DNA of 64,000 nucleotides from Candidatus Altiarchaeota archaeon (lineage in GTDB: Archaea; Altiarchaeota; Altiarchaeia; IMC4; SCGC-AAA252-I15): the NCBI GenBank assembly GCA_043800255.1, contig JAZDNF010000010.1, forward strand, positions 67,478 through 131,477, given 5' to 3'. Under the pieces are notes generated by a model that ran no database searches, was not told where the DNA came from, and saw only the letters and a program-made list of their open reading frames with translations. The position numbers and the translations under genes are program-made. Of the stretch, positions 1 to 9,820 are shown one piece after another; position 1 is the first letter of the stretch; each line of letters starts with the position of its first letter.

Positions 1-1
1 G

Positions 2-433
2 GGGTTCATGCTCGGCAGAGGGAAGACAATAACCCTGAAAGGCGACGCTGGAGGTCGAACTGGCATGTCACTGGCAGGCGGCACGCTCAACATAGAAGGA
101 GACGTTGGGATGTATACTGGCCAGCTTATGGACGCCGGCGTAATAAATGTGACAGGAAACGCAGGCAATTACACGGGAGTCGGGATGAGAAACGGGACAA
201 TCAAGATCGGAGGGGACGTTGGGGAAAACACAGGAAAGGGGATGATAGGCGGTCACATTCACATAAAAGGCAACGCCGGCAGAGGCTTGGGAGACAAGAT
301 GAAAGGCGGCGGCATCACAGTCAACGGAGAGATGGCGGACCTAGCAGCCAGCGTAGGGGGGATGAAAGATGAGGGCCCGAAACCAGAAGGAGGTCAAATC
401 TGGAACAAGAGGGTAAAAATATGGGGAAAGTAG
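2..433 (+). CDS. Array member 1, GXGXG beta-helix protein (5' truncated by window edge)
   Basis: Frame open from the window start; GXGXG coils; ends GQIWNKRVKIWGK. Confidence 0.9.
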   Translation, partial: GFMLGRGKTITLKGDAGGRTGMSLAGGTLNIEGDVGMYTGQLMDAGVINVTGNAGNYTGVGMRNGTIKIGGDVGENTGKGMIGGHIHIKGNAGRGLGDKMKGGGITVNGEMADLAASVGGMKDEGPKPEGGQIWNKRVKIWGK

Positions 434-1143
434 ATCAAAAGATTGTGAAGTTGAAATTGGAAGGGCATCAGCTGAGCGAGAAGCTTCCCAAGCTTAAGGA
501 CCCTGTCATCAGGGAGGCTCTCGAATTGTACTCTCAACTGCTCTATGATGTGTACGCTTCCACTCCGACGGTAGAGTATCCGGAATATCTGCGTAGGACG
601 GAAGGCTTTAACATGACGCCGGCGCAGCTGCAGGAGATGCTGGACGTCTGGGAGAAGTCTTCCCAGGATTTTTCCGGGCCAGTCTGGGCCAACGACGCTG
701 TAGGGTGGGCTAAGATGGGAGTGTTTGCGACCGCCTTGATGCAGAACTCAAAACACAATAATTTCGAGTTCGAGCTGAAGAGAGCGCACCTGCAATACTT
801 AGGCTGTTTTCTGACGCAGGGGAAGAGCATCAAAGTCAAAGGCGACCTCGGGCAGTGGACCGGCTGGGGGCTGCAGGGAGGGAGAATAGAGGTAGATGGC
901 AATTTATCCTTCTGCACCGGCCAGAAAATGAAGGCAGGAGAGATCATAGTGAACGGCGACATCTCCAGGATGGGCGCCATAGAAATGGAGGGCGGGCTGA
1001 TACACGTTAAAGGCGACGCTGAAGAGTACCTGGGAAATAAGATGAAAGCAGGCAAGGTGATTGTCGACGGAAAGCTCAAAGGAGTGTCTGAAGATTACAT
1101 CTCCGGAGAAATCTACAACAAAAATGTGAGAGTGAAACCATGA
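421..1143 (+). CDS. Array member 2, GXGXG beta-helix protein (240 aa)
   Basis: MGKVDQKIVKLKLEG leader, GVFATALMQNS, GXGXG coils; 13-nt overlap with member 1. Confidence 0.92.
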   Translation: MGKVDQKIVKLKLEGHQLSEKLPKLKDPVIREALELYSQLLYDVYASTPTVEYPEYLRRTEGFNMTPAQLQEMLDVWEKSSQDFSGPVWANDAVGWAKMGVFATALMQNSKHNNFEFELKRAHLQYLGCFLTQGKSIKVKGDLGQWTGWGLQGGRIEVDGNLSFCTGQKMKAGEIIVNGDISRMGAIEMEGGLIHVKGDAEEYLGNKMKAGKVIVDGKLKGVSEDYISGEIYNKNVRVKP

Positions 1144-2078
1144 CAGGCACAAAGGTCGTTAAATTGAACTTGGAGGGCGGCGGATTGGCTGATCAACTGC
1201 CGAAGCTGGCAGGGTTTAATGATGCCATTATAGCAGATGCTCATAAAGTGTTCGATCAGACTCCGCATTATGCCTCGCCGTCCGCATATTTCAGGGCGCT
1301 TGTCGAAGATACGGGAGGTTTGGACGTGCCGTCCAGCCAGATGCAGAGGGTATTGGATAAGTCGTTGGAAAAATACCGGCATACTGGGGAGTATCTCGGC
1401 AGGGCAGGGTTTCTAATCTCGGCTTTGATTCAGAATTCCAGCGACAAGAGGTTCAGGCTGACGGTAAAGGAGCCGTTGCACGTTCTGGGTTACGGACTGG
1501 GCAGAGGCAAAGAACTAGTTGTTGACGGCAATCTGGGAGATTTCACAGGCTCCTACTTGGATGGAGGCCGGGTCATAGTCAACGGTTCAGTCGCCTCCAT
1601 GGCTGGCGACTGCATGTCCGCCGGAGAGTTGATCGTCAACGGTGATGTGGGAGAAAGGGCAGGCCTGAGCATGAAAGGCGGGAAAATTGGCGTGAAAGGT
1701 AATGCAAGTGATGAACTTGGCGGGTGGATGGAAGGCGGAATAATAACTGTTGATGGAAACGTTGGAACCGATGCAGGAAAATGGATGAAAGGCGGCGAAG
1801 TGCATGTAAACGGCGATGTTGGGGATAATACTGGCACAGGCATGAACGGAGGAACCCTAAAAGTCGTAGGGAACTCAGGAGACGGGACCGGCTGGAGTAT
1901 GAACGGCGGGATTATCCTCATCGGAGGAAATGTCGGGAAGGGCACTGCAGGTTGCGCTAGGGGAGGCACAATCAAAGTCAACGGCAAAATAAAAGAAATA
2001 AGCAAATTACTGTCTGAACGCGGAGAATTCAAAGGGGAAATCTGGGAGGAAGGATTCCAAATCTGGCCGAAAAAATGA
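1140..2078 (+). CDS. Array member 3, GXGXG beta-helix protein (312 aa)
   Basis: MTGTKVVKLNLE leader, GXGXG coils, ATGA overlap. Confidence 0.93.
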   Translation: MTGTKVVKLNLEGGGLADQLPKLAGFNDAIIADAHKVFDQTPHYASPSAYFRALVEDTGGLDVPSSQMQRVLDKSLEKYRHTGEYLGRAGFLISALIQNSSDKRFRLTVKEPLHVLGYGLGRGKELVVDGNLGDFTGSYLDGGRVIVNGSVASMAGDCMSAGELIVNGDVGERAGLSMKGGKIGVKGNASDELGGWMEGGIITVDGNVGTDAGKWMKGGEVHVNGDVGDNTGTGMNGGTLKVVGNSGDGTGWSMNGGIILIGGNVGKGTAGCARGGTIKVNGKIKEISKLLSERGEFKGEIWEEGFQIWPKK

Positions 2079-3070
2079 CAGGCACGAAGGTTGTTAAACT
2101 CAAACTGGAAGACGGCGGCTTGGGAGACAGGCTCCCGAAGCTGGCGGAAGACCCGCTTGTGAAAGAGGCTGCAGAGTTCTACGATAATTGGGAATACAAC
2201 ATGTTGGTGGCGTCAAGACGATTCTATGAGGAAACGCTTGAGAAAGCCAAGCAGTGGAATCTCACATCCTCTCAAGTGCAAAGGCTGGTCGAGGGCCTCG
2301 AAGGAAAACTCACGCCAGGACATGAGGCAGAGTATTCTGAGAAGACCGGCATATTCCTGAGCGCGATAATCCAGGGATCAAGCACCAGCGAATTCGAGTT
2401 CAAGACGAGAAGGCCCTTAACCTACCTGGGATTCCAGCTCAGGGATGGGAAGAAGATCACCGTACACGGCGATGTGGGGGACAACACCGGCAGGTTCATG
2501 GAATCCGGCGAAGTCCGCGTGAAAGGGAATGCCGGGAGCGAGACGGGGAACTTCATGAAAGGCGGCAAGATAATAGTCGAAGGCGATGCGAAGAACATGA
2601 CCGGACACCTGATGGAAGCAGGCGAAATCGATGTCAGAGGCGAAGCCGGAGATCACAGTGGCAGCGAAATGGTGGACGGCACAATACGTGTCGGAAAATC
2701 TGCCGGAAAAAACACGGGCGAGAAGATGAGAGGCGGAAAAATCCATGTCACAGGCGGTGCCGGAGACAGGACAGGCTACGGGATGCAGGACGGGTACATT
2801 GAGGTTGGAAGAGATGCCGGCATGTTCACAGGCGAGTGGATGGCTGGCGGCAAAATCCACGTCAAAGGCAACGTCAAGGAGGAGACAGGTAAGCGCATGA
2901 TAAACGGCGAAATCATCGTCGACGGCGATGCAGGAGCGTCCGCAGCCTCCATGATGACCGGCGGCAAGATAAGCGTCGGCGGAGACATGGCAGATCTAGC
3001 AAGAGACCAGCCATTCAAATACATAGGAGTCGGCCAAATCTGGAACAAAGGAAAAAGGATAGCAGGATGA
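2075..3070 (+). CDS. Array member 4, GXGXG beta-helix protein (331 aa)
   Basis: Leader, GXGXG coils, ATGA overlap. Confidence 0.93.
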   Translation: MTGTKVVKLKLEDGGLGDRLPKLAEDPLVKEAAEFYDNWEYNMLVASRRFYEETLEKAKQWNLTSSQVQRLVEGLEGKLTPGHEAEYSEKTGIFLSAIIQGSSTSEFEFKTRRPLTYLGFQLRDGKKITVHGDVGDNTGRFMESGEVRVKGNAGSETGNFMKGGKIIVEGDAKNMTGHLMEAGEIDVRGEAGDHSGSEMVDGTIRVGKSAGKNTGEKMRGGKIHVTGGAGDRTGYGMQDGYIEVGRDAGMFTGEWMAGGKIHVKGNVKEETGKRMINGEIIVDGDAGASAASMMTGGKISVGGDMADLARDQPFKYIGVGQIWNKGKRIAG

Positions 3071-3810
3071 CAGGCACAAAAGTAGTCAAATTGAAGCTGG
3101 AGGATGCTGGTGGCGGGAATCTGCCAAAATTGAAGGATACAGTGCTTGCTATACTTGAGACCGCTTACAAAAGTTTCGAGCACAAGCCTGAAGACGTCCG
3201 CAGTGACCGTTATGCGTTTGCGTTGGCTTCTCTGGTTGGCGTAGACGCCAACGAGGCGAGGGTCCGGTCCAAGAAGACGTTAATCTCCATGTCCAATGTG
3301 AACTGTGATGAGCGGACAATCCAAGCGTTCATAGACAAATCCCTAATCAGTCATCAGCGTGAGGGAGAGTTTCAGGGCAAGGCAGGTATTTTCTTAAACG
3401 CGCTGATAAGCACCTCTCCAGAGGAAAAGCTCACATTAGATCTCAGAAAGCTGAAGAGGATGAATAACCTTTGCTCATTCATGGAGGATAAGGACGTTAC
3501 GCTGATAGGGGATGTCGGCGACTGGACTGCCTATGCGGCGTGGTCTGGGAAGGTTACAATCAAAGGCAACGCCGGGAACGGAACAGGGTGTGCGCTTATT
3601 GGCGCCACAGTCATAGTGGAAGGGGATGCTGGAGACGATACCGCCCGTAGTGCGGAAGGTGGCGAAATCCACATCAAAGGAGATTGCGGAATGCATACTG
3701 GGGAGTTCATGAAAGGCGGTAAACTACTGGTGAATGGCAAAATAGCGGAACTAAGCGATAAAATCAAAGGCGGCGAAGTCTGGCAGGGAAAGACGAGGAT
3801 ATACCCATGA
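3067..3810 (+). CDS. Array member 5, GXGXG beta-helix protein (247 aa, divergent helical domain)
   Basis: Leader, GIFLNALIS, GXGXG coils, ATGA overlap. Confidence 0.93.
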   Translation: MTGTKVVKLKLEDAGGGNLPKLKDTVLAILETAYKSFEHKPEDVRSDRYAFALASLVGVDANEARVRSKKTLISMSNVNCDERTIQAFIDKSLISHQREGEFQGKAGIFLNALISTSPEEKLTLDLRKLKRMNNLCSFMEDKDVTLIGDVGDWTAYAAWSGKVTIKGNAGNGTGCALIGATVIVEGDAGDDTARSAEGGEIHIKGDCGMHTGEFMKGGKLLVNGKIAELSDKIKGGEVWQGKTRIYP

Positions 3811-4601
3811 CTGGAACCAAGATTGTAAAACTAAAGCTGGAGAACGCTAATGCGCCAGGCAGATTACCCAGCCTCAGGGAGTCCACAGCAGAGAAAGTCC
3901 TCAGCGTGTTTATGGCAACAGAGTACGTCGAACCTGACGAATGCTATCTCAGCTTCCGGGAGCAGACGAAAGATTTGAACGTCACATCCTCCCAGCTTCA
4001 GAAGATCATACGCGCACTAGAGAGAGGACACATAAAAAATACCACGGATTCGCACAAGGCAGGCATGCTGGTGAGCGCATTCATCCAGAATTCGACGGAA
4101 ACCGAGTTTCATATACAGTCTAAAATCCCGCTCGGATGTGTGGGATACAGGCTGCAGGGCGATAAGAAGATCACAATCGAGGGAGATTATGGAGATGCCA
4201 CAGGCTGGGAAATGAAAAGCGGCAGCATCCACGTCAAAGGACATGCTGGAATGCACCCTGGAATTGCCATGGAGGGCGGGACGATAATAGTCGACGGAAA
4301 CGCTGGACTTGGTACCGGCTATGTCATGTCAGGCGGCAAAATACACGTCAAAGGAAATGTGGGGGAGGAAACCGGCTACAAGATGAGCAACGGGACGATA
4401 GAGGTCGACGGCAGCTCACGAGACCAAACCGGGTTCGGCATGCACGGCGGCACCTTGCACATCGGAGGGAACGCAGGAAAGGAGACCGGCAATGACATGG
4501 GAGGCGGCATCATCAAAGTCGATGGAAAAATCAGCGGAATAAGCGGCAGCTACAAGAAGGGAGAAATCTGGGAAGCCGAGGTGAAGGTGAGGCCAAAGTG
4601 A
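3807..4601 (+). CDS. Array member 6, GXGXG beta-helix protein (264 aa)
   Basis: Leader, GXGXG coils, ATGA overlap. Confidence 0.93.
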   Translation: MTGTKIVKLKLENANAPGRLPSLRESTAEKVLSVFMATEYVEPDECYLSFREQTKDLNVTSSQLQKIIRALERGHIKNTTDSHKAGMLVSAFIQNSTETEFHIQSKIPLGCVGYRLQGDKKITIEGDYGDATGWEMKSGSIHVKGHAGMHPGIAMEGGTIIVDGNAGLGTGYVMSGGKIHVKGNVGEETGYKMSNGTIEVDGSSRDQTGFGMHGGTLHIGGNAGKETGNDMGGGIIKVDGKISGISGSYKKGEIWEAEVKVRPK

Positions 4602-5434
4602 CTGGGACAAAGGTCGTCAAACTGAGGCTGGAAGATAGTGGAGGGAAGCTGCCCGCCCTGATAGGCGACAAGGTGGATGAGGCTGCGGTGGGGAAGGCAG
4701 TGGAACTATTCTATGCTGAGGTGCCTGACATCCCGCTCCAAGGGATTGATGTCCAAAAGGATGTCGCATACTATGAGAAGATGGTGGATGCGACAAGAGA
4801 CTTTAATGTGACGACAGAGCAGCTTACTGAAATAGTCAGCAAAATCGAAGACGACCAGCGTCTGAGGCTTAAGACGGCGCATGTCATGGGAATGTATTTC
4901 ACCGCATTGATGAACAATTCAAAGCATCCTTATTTCGAGATAAAAACGCGCGAGAACATGTGGTATCTGGGGATGAGGATGAAGGACGACAAGACCGCAG
5001 TCCTGAAGGGTAAGGGAGGAAGGCATGTTGGATACGAGATGGAACATGGCACCCTAATAGTCGAAGGCAACACAGGGGCTTATACAGGCCAGCACATGAA
5101 AGGCGGGCAGCTAATCCTGAAAGACTACTCTGGAGACGCGTTAGGCGAATGGATGCAAGGCGGCAGCATAATGGCAGAAGCTGACGTTGGAAAATACGCC
5201 GGCAGGCACATGCGAGGAGGGAGCTTAACAGTGAAAGGCAAATCAGACGATTACACCGGCATGCAGATGATCAACGGCATAATCCGCATCGGAAAAGACG
5301 CTGGCAGCTGGACCGGCGACGGGATGAGAGGCGGCAAAATCACAGTAGACGGGAAGATAAGACATCTTGGGTATGACATGACCGGCGGAGAAATATGGCA
5401 GGGGAATGAAAAGGTCTGGCCGAGAGAAAAATGA
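4598..5434 (+). CDS. Array member 7, GXGXG beta-helix protein (278 aa, GTG start)
   Basis: Leader, GXGXG coils, GTGA overlap. Confidence 0.93.
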   Translation: MTGTKVVKLRLEDSGGKLPALIGDKVDEAAVGKAVELFYAEVPDIPLQGIDVQKDVAYYEKMVDATRDFNVTTEQLTEIVSKIEDDQRLRLKTAHVMGMYFTALMNNSKHPYFEIKTRENMWYLGMRMKDDKTAVLKGKGGRHVGYEMEHGTLIVEGNTGAYTGQHMKGGQLILKDYSGDALGEWMQGGSIMAEADVGKYAGRHMRGGSLTVKGKSDDYTGMQMINGIIRIGKDAGSWTGDGMRGGKITVDGKIRHLGYDMTGGEIWQGNEKVWPREK

Positions 5435-6078
5435 CCGGCACAAAAATCGTCAAGTTGAACTTAGAGGGGGGCGGTGCCGACAAGCTCCCCCAATTGAAAG
5501 AGGATATCATCACTAGCAAGGTTTTTGACATCATCGAGAGGACACCGTACAACGTTGTAACTGGGGGGTCCTATTATGAGAGGATTCTCGAAGCCACCAG
5601 AGGATTAACTCCGAAAGAGGATGAGATACAGGAAGTGTTAACTCGCCTGCTGTCAGCGCACAAGGAGGACGGAAGATTCATGCATGACACGTTTATGGTG
5701 ATGAAGGTCGGCTACATGACGAACGCATTGATCCACCACTCCAGACAGAAGAAAATCATGTTAATCCTGCCGGAGCCTGTGAACTGCCTGGGCTACAGGC
5801 TGGAAGAGGGGAAGGAGGTAATACTGGAGGGAAATGCTGGCGGAAACATCGGCTGCGAGATGAAAGGCGCCAAACTAACGGTTAACGGTAACGTGCGGGG
5901 GAACCTTGGGACGGAGATGACTCAGGGCGAAATCACAGTGAACGGGAGCGTTGGGGGGACTGTCGGCGAGGACATGGAAGGAGGGAAGATAACAGTCAAC
6001 GGAGAAATCAAAAAACTGAGCGACAGGATAAAGGGTGGCGAAGTCTGGCAAAAAAACAACAGAGTGTGGCCAACATGA
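5431..6078 (+). CDS. Array member 8, GXGXG beta-helix protein (215 aa)
   Basis: Leader, GXGXG coils, ATGA overlap. Confidence 0.93.
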   Translation: MTGTKIVKLNLEGGGADKLPQLKEDIITSKVFDIIERTPYNVVTGGSYYERILEATRGLTPKEDEIQEVLTRLLSAHKEDGRFMHDTFMVMKVGYMTNALIHHSRQKKIMLILPEPVNCLGYRLEEGKEVILEGNAGGNIGCEMKGAKLTVNGNVRGNLGTEMTQGEITVNGSVGGTVGEDMEGGKITVNGEIKKLSDRIKGGEVWQKNNRVWPT

Positions 6079-6884
6079 CGGGGACAAAGGTAGTGAAACT
6101 AAAGTTGGAAGGCGGTGGCGGTCTGGCAGAGAGGCTGCCTGAGTTGCGTGATACTCTGGTAGAAAAGGCGATGATAGCGTATGGGGGATTAGCATACGAT
6201 CGGAATTACCAGCTCTTCTATCCCCCTCTGCTGGAAAGTCTCAGAGATTTTGATGTGATGCCAAAGGAGTTGCAGGCCATATCAGACAGACTCCGTGAAG
6301 TTTATTCAGGGCAGAATGGGTTCTCTGAAATTGCGGGGATGTTCCTCACAGCATTGGTGCAGAACTCAAACACGAGCGAATTCAAGCTAAAATTAAAGTC
6401 GCCGTTGAATCTGATTGGAATCGGATTATCCAAGGGGAAGGACCTGACAGTGGAAGGGGACGTTGGAGAGCTTCTCGGAGCATTCATGGAGGGCGCGAAA
6501 ATCCACGTCACCGGAAAAGCAGGAGACCTGGTAGGGCGGTCCATGGAGAAAGGCACCATCAAAGTGGACGGCGACGCCGGCAACCAGGCTGGCCTGCACA
6601 TGGAAAACGGGACGATCGAGATTGGAGGCAACACAGGGTATGCGCTGGGAGACGGGATGCGAGCAGGATCCATCACAGTCGGAGGCAACACCGGGAATGA
6701 GCTGGGGTTGGCCATGCAGTGGGGTTACATCAAAGTCGAAGGAGATGCAGGAGATATGATAGGAGAATTCATGGAGGGCGGCACGATCGAGATTAACGGA
6801 AAAATGGGCAAGATACACAGCGAGTATAAGGACGGTGTGATAATCCACCAGGGCAGGCAGGTAAGGCCTAAGAAAAAAACATGA
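6075..6884 (+). CDS. Array member 9, GXGXG beta-helix protein (269 aa)
   Basis: Start moved from 6066 to the MTGTK ATG overlapping the upstream TGA. Confidence 0.92.
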   Translation: MTGTKVVKLKLEGGGGLAERLPELRDTLVEKAMIAYGGLAYDRNYQLFYPPLLESLRDFDVMPKELQAISDRLREVYSGQNGFSEIAGMFLTALVQNSNTSEFKLKLKSPLNLIGIGLSKGKDLTVEGDVGELLGAFMEGAKIHVTGKAGDLVGRSMEKGTIKVDGDAGNQAGLHMENGTIEIGGNTGYALGDGMRAGSITVGGNTGNELGLAMQWGYIKVEGDAGDMIGEFMEGGTIEINGKMGKIHSEYKDGVIIHQGRQVRPKKKT

Positions 6885-7555
6885 CTGGGACGAAAGTCGT
6901 TAAGTTGAGGCTGGAGGACAGCGGGACTGGCGGATTACCCAACCTTAAAGAGGGGGTCGTCGGCAGGGCAGTTAAACTATACGAGGACAGCACCTGTGAT
7001 GTTGTCAACGACTACTATGCTATGATGGCAGAGGCGACGAGGGACTTTGATGTGAGACCGGCCGAACTCCAGAGGATAATCGATATTATCGAGAAAAAAT
7101 CGGAAGGGGATTTTGACGACAATAAGAAAGGGGCTTTCCTGACGGTCTTAATGCAGAACTCCAGAAGCCAGGCTTTTAGAATCAAGATAAAATCCCCGGT
7201 ATCCTGTCTAGGCGTCAATCTGAAGGGTGATAAGAAGATTACTGTCGTAGGCGATCTGCTGGATGAGACGGGAGCGTGCATGGAAGGCGGGGAAATACAT
7301 GTGAAAGGGAATGTAAAAGACTATACTGGGTCATCGATGACTGGGGGGAAAATAACCGTCGACGGGAACGCGGAGGATCTTACTGGGACTGCCATGGCTG
7401 GCGGAATCATAACCGTGAAGGGGAATGTCGGGGAAAACACCAGCCTGCACATGACAGGAGGCAAACTAGAGGTTGGAGGAGAAATAGCCGGCATATCAGG
7501 CAGAGTACATGGCGGGGAAATCTATAACAAAGGCGAGCGGGTGTGGCCGAGATGA
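6881..7555 (+). CDS. Array member 10, GXGXG beta-helix protein (224 aa)
   Basis: Leader, GXGXG coils, ATGA overlap. Confidence 0.93.
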   Translation: MTGTKVVKLRLEDSGTGGLPNLKEGVVGRAVKLYEDSTCDVVNDYYAMMAEATRDFDVRPAELQRIIDIIEKKSEGDFDDNKKGAFLTVLMQNSRSQAFRIKIKSPVSCLGVNLKGDKKITVVGDLLDETGACMEGGEIHVKGNVKDYTGSSMTGGKITVDGNAEDLTGTAMAGGIITVKGNVGENTSLHMTGGKLEVGGEIAGISGRVHGGEIYNKGERVWPR

Positions 7556-8427
7556 CGGGAACCAAGGTCGTAAAGCTGAAGCTGGATGGGGGTGGCGCTG
7601 AGAGGCTCCCGCATCTGAAGGAGGGAAAAATCAAACAGGCTTTGGAACTGTTTGATAGTGTAGAATACCTCAAGGGGTCGGTGAACTATCAGACTAACTT
7701 CGACTATGAGGGCTATTACCGGAAAGTGCTTGAGGGCGCTGAGATGATAAATGCTTCAGAGTCGGAAGTTCAGGGCATTCTCGTGGCATTGGAGGCCAAG
7801 CGGTCTGAAATCGACTGGTTCGATTCTCATGTCGGAACCTTCATAACTGCCATGATGCAAGGCTCCAAAACACAGGAATTCACGCTCAAACCGAAATACT
7901 CCTTGCACAGTATAGGCGATTATCTGCAGGGCGACAAGAAGATTACCGTATTCGGTGACATGGGAACAATAGGGCGTAAAATTACCGGCGGCGAGCTGAT
8001 AATAAAAGGAAACGTCTTTGACTTCTCAGGGGAGAGGATGACCGGCGGAAAGCTGATAATAGACGGATTTGCAGGCGGTGACTTGGGGAAAGAGATGGGC
8101 GGCGGCCTGATAGAGGCTGCAGAGGTTCGGGGCAGGCTTTTGGGCTGCTACATGTGGGGTGGCACGATCAGAATCAAGGGAGACGCCGGCGACGAGATAG
8201 GAGCGAACATGTCGAAAGGCGAAATATACGTCGGAGGAAACGCAGGCGACAAATTGGGCGATGAAATGCGCGGCGGAAAGATCGTGGTAGAGGGTGAGGC
8301 AGGACATAAGGTGGGTGATTGGGCTACCGGCGGCCAAATCATCGTTGGAAAGAAGATAAAATCGCTCGGAGCCGTGTACTCACAGTGCGAGGTCATAGTA
8401 GCAGGAGAGAAGGTGGCGCCAAAGTGA
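7552..8427 (+). CDS. Array member 11, GXGXG beta-helix protein (291 aa)
   Basis: Start moved from 7543 to the MTGTK ATG (ATGA overlap). Confidence 0.92.
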   Translation: MTGTKVVKLKLDGGGAERLPHLKEGKIKQALELFDSVEYLKGSVNYQTNFDYEGYYRKVLEGAEMINASESEVQGILVALEAKRSEIDWFDSHVGTFITAMMQGSKTQEFTLKPKYSLHSIGDYLQGDKKITVFGDMGTIGRKITGGELIIKGNVFDFSGERMTGGKLIIDGFAGGDLGKEMGGGLIEAAEVRGRLLGCYMWGGTIRIKGDAGDEIGANMSKGEIYVGGNAGDKLGDEMRGGKIVVEGEAGHKVGDWATGGQIIVGKKIKSLGAVYSQCEVIVAGEKVAPK

Positions 8428-9149
8428 CTGGGACAAAGATTGTTAAATTGAAATTGGAGGATGGCTCAGCTGACAGGCTCCCAAGGTTGAAGGGGGACAC
8501 TGTGGCGGAGGCTCTCCGGTTTTATGAGCTGAGTAAGAAGCGACGTCCGGACTCCTCTCAGGAGGATGTTTATGACAGCATGCTCAAGGATACTAAGCAG
8601 TTCAACGTGTCGAGCGAGGAGCTGCAGATGATGCACTGGCGGCTTGAGGAAGCCTACGGGGGCGGCGAATGGTACGCTGAGAACGCGGGAATCTACCTGA
8701 CGACGTTGATGCAGAATTCCAACCAAAGGAGATTCGTCATCGAGCCGGTAATTCCCTTGGACTTTTTCGGGATGGGATTGTCAGGAGACAAGGAAGTGCT
8801 TGTCAAAGGCGACGTCGGAGACAATCTGGGCTTCCGGATGGAAGACGGCAGGATAACCGTTGAAGGCAAGGCAGCGGACTATACTGGCTGGCTGCTCAAG
8901 GGAGGGGAACTGATGATTACCGGCGACGCCGGGGAGCTGCTCGGGTTCATGATGGAAAAAGGCTCCATCGCGGTCGGAGGGTCGGTGACAGACTACCTGG
9001 GGAAGGAGATGAAGGACGGAAAAATAACGGTCCGAGGAAACGCCGGACGTGATGTTGCAGAAGACAGCAGAGGAGGGGTCATACTAATCGGCGGAACCTA
9101 CGAGAGCGCAAGCAGGAAGAGAGGAGCCACCATAGTGATGTCAGCATGA
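8424..9149 (+). CDS. Array member 12, GXGXG beta-helix protein (241 aa, GTG start)
   Basis: Start moved from 8319 to GTG-TGTK (GTGA overlap). Confidence 0.9.
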   Translation: MTGTKIVKLKLEDGSADRLPRLKGDTVAEALRFYELSKKRRPDSSQEDVYDSMLKDTKQFNVSSEELQMMHWRLEEAYGGGEWYAENAGIYLTTLMQNSNQRRFVIEPVIPLDFFGMGLSGDKEVLVKGDVGDNLGFRMEDGRITVEGKAADYTGWLLKGGELMITGDAGELLGFMMEKGSIAVGGSVTDYLGKEMKDGKITVRGNAGRDVAEDSRGGVILIGGTYESASRKRGATIVMSA

Positions 9150-9820
9150 AAATCGTGAAACTGAAACTCGAGGACGGCTCTGAGACGCTACCCAAGCTCA
9201 AGGTCAGTACGGTAGACGAGGCAGTAAACTTGTTTGATCATCTGGGGCAGGTAAATTCCTTTGAAAGGTATTACCTGCAGGCTGCCGAGTCAACCCAGAA
9301 CTTTAATGTTGACTCAAGGCAACTGCAGGGGATACTGCAAAAACTGGAAGAAAAACACAGCGATGAGATTCTCTACTCTGTCCGGGCAGGGCTTTTTCTC
9401 ACGGCCCTGATGAGGAAATCACAATCTGAGTTGTTTGATATTGAACCAAAAATCCCATTAGATTTCGTGGGCTACTGGATGGAGGGGTCGAAGACTGTCA
9501 GAATACATGGGAATGCTGGAAACCATCTGGGATGGAGTCTCCGCAGCGGAAACATCGAAGTGGATGAAAATTCAGGCGCTAGCACAGGACGCGGCATGTC
9601 CGGCGGGACAATAACCGTGAAAAAGAACACTGGCTGGCAGACTGGAGTGATAATGCAAGGTGGAATAATCAACGTCGGTGGAAATGCCGGCGAAGAAACT
9701 GGAGATGGGATGACCGGCGGCATCATCAAAGTCGATGGAAAAATCAGCGGAATAAGCGGCAGCTACAAGAAGGGAGAAATCTGGGAAGGAAACGTGAAAA
9801 AGAGGCCGAAAGAAAAATGA
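9146..9820 (+). CDS. Array member 13, GXGXG beta-helix protein (224 aa)
   Basis: Short leader MKIVKLKLE, GXGXG coils, ATGA overlap. Confidence 0.93.
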   Translation: MKIVKLKLEDGSETLPKLKVSTVDEAVNLFDHLGQVNSFERYYLQAAESTQNFNVDSRQLQGILQKLEEKHSDEILYSVRAGLFLTALMRKSQSELFDIEPKIPLDFVGYWMEGSKTVRIHGNAGNHLGWSLRSGNIEVDENSGASTGRGMSGGTITVKKNTGWQTGVIMQGGIINVGGNAGEETGDGMTGGIIKVDGKISGISGSYKKGEIWEGNVKKRPKEK

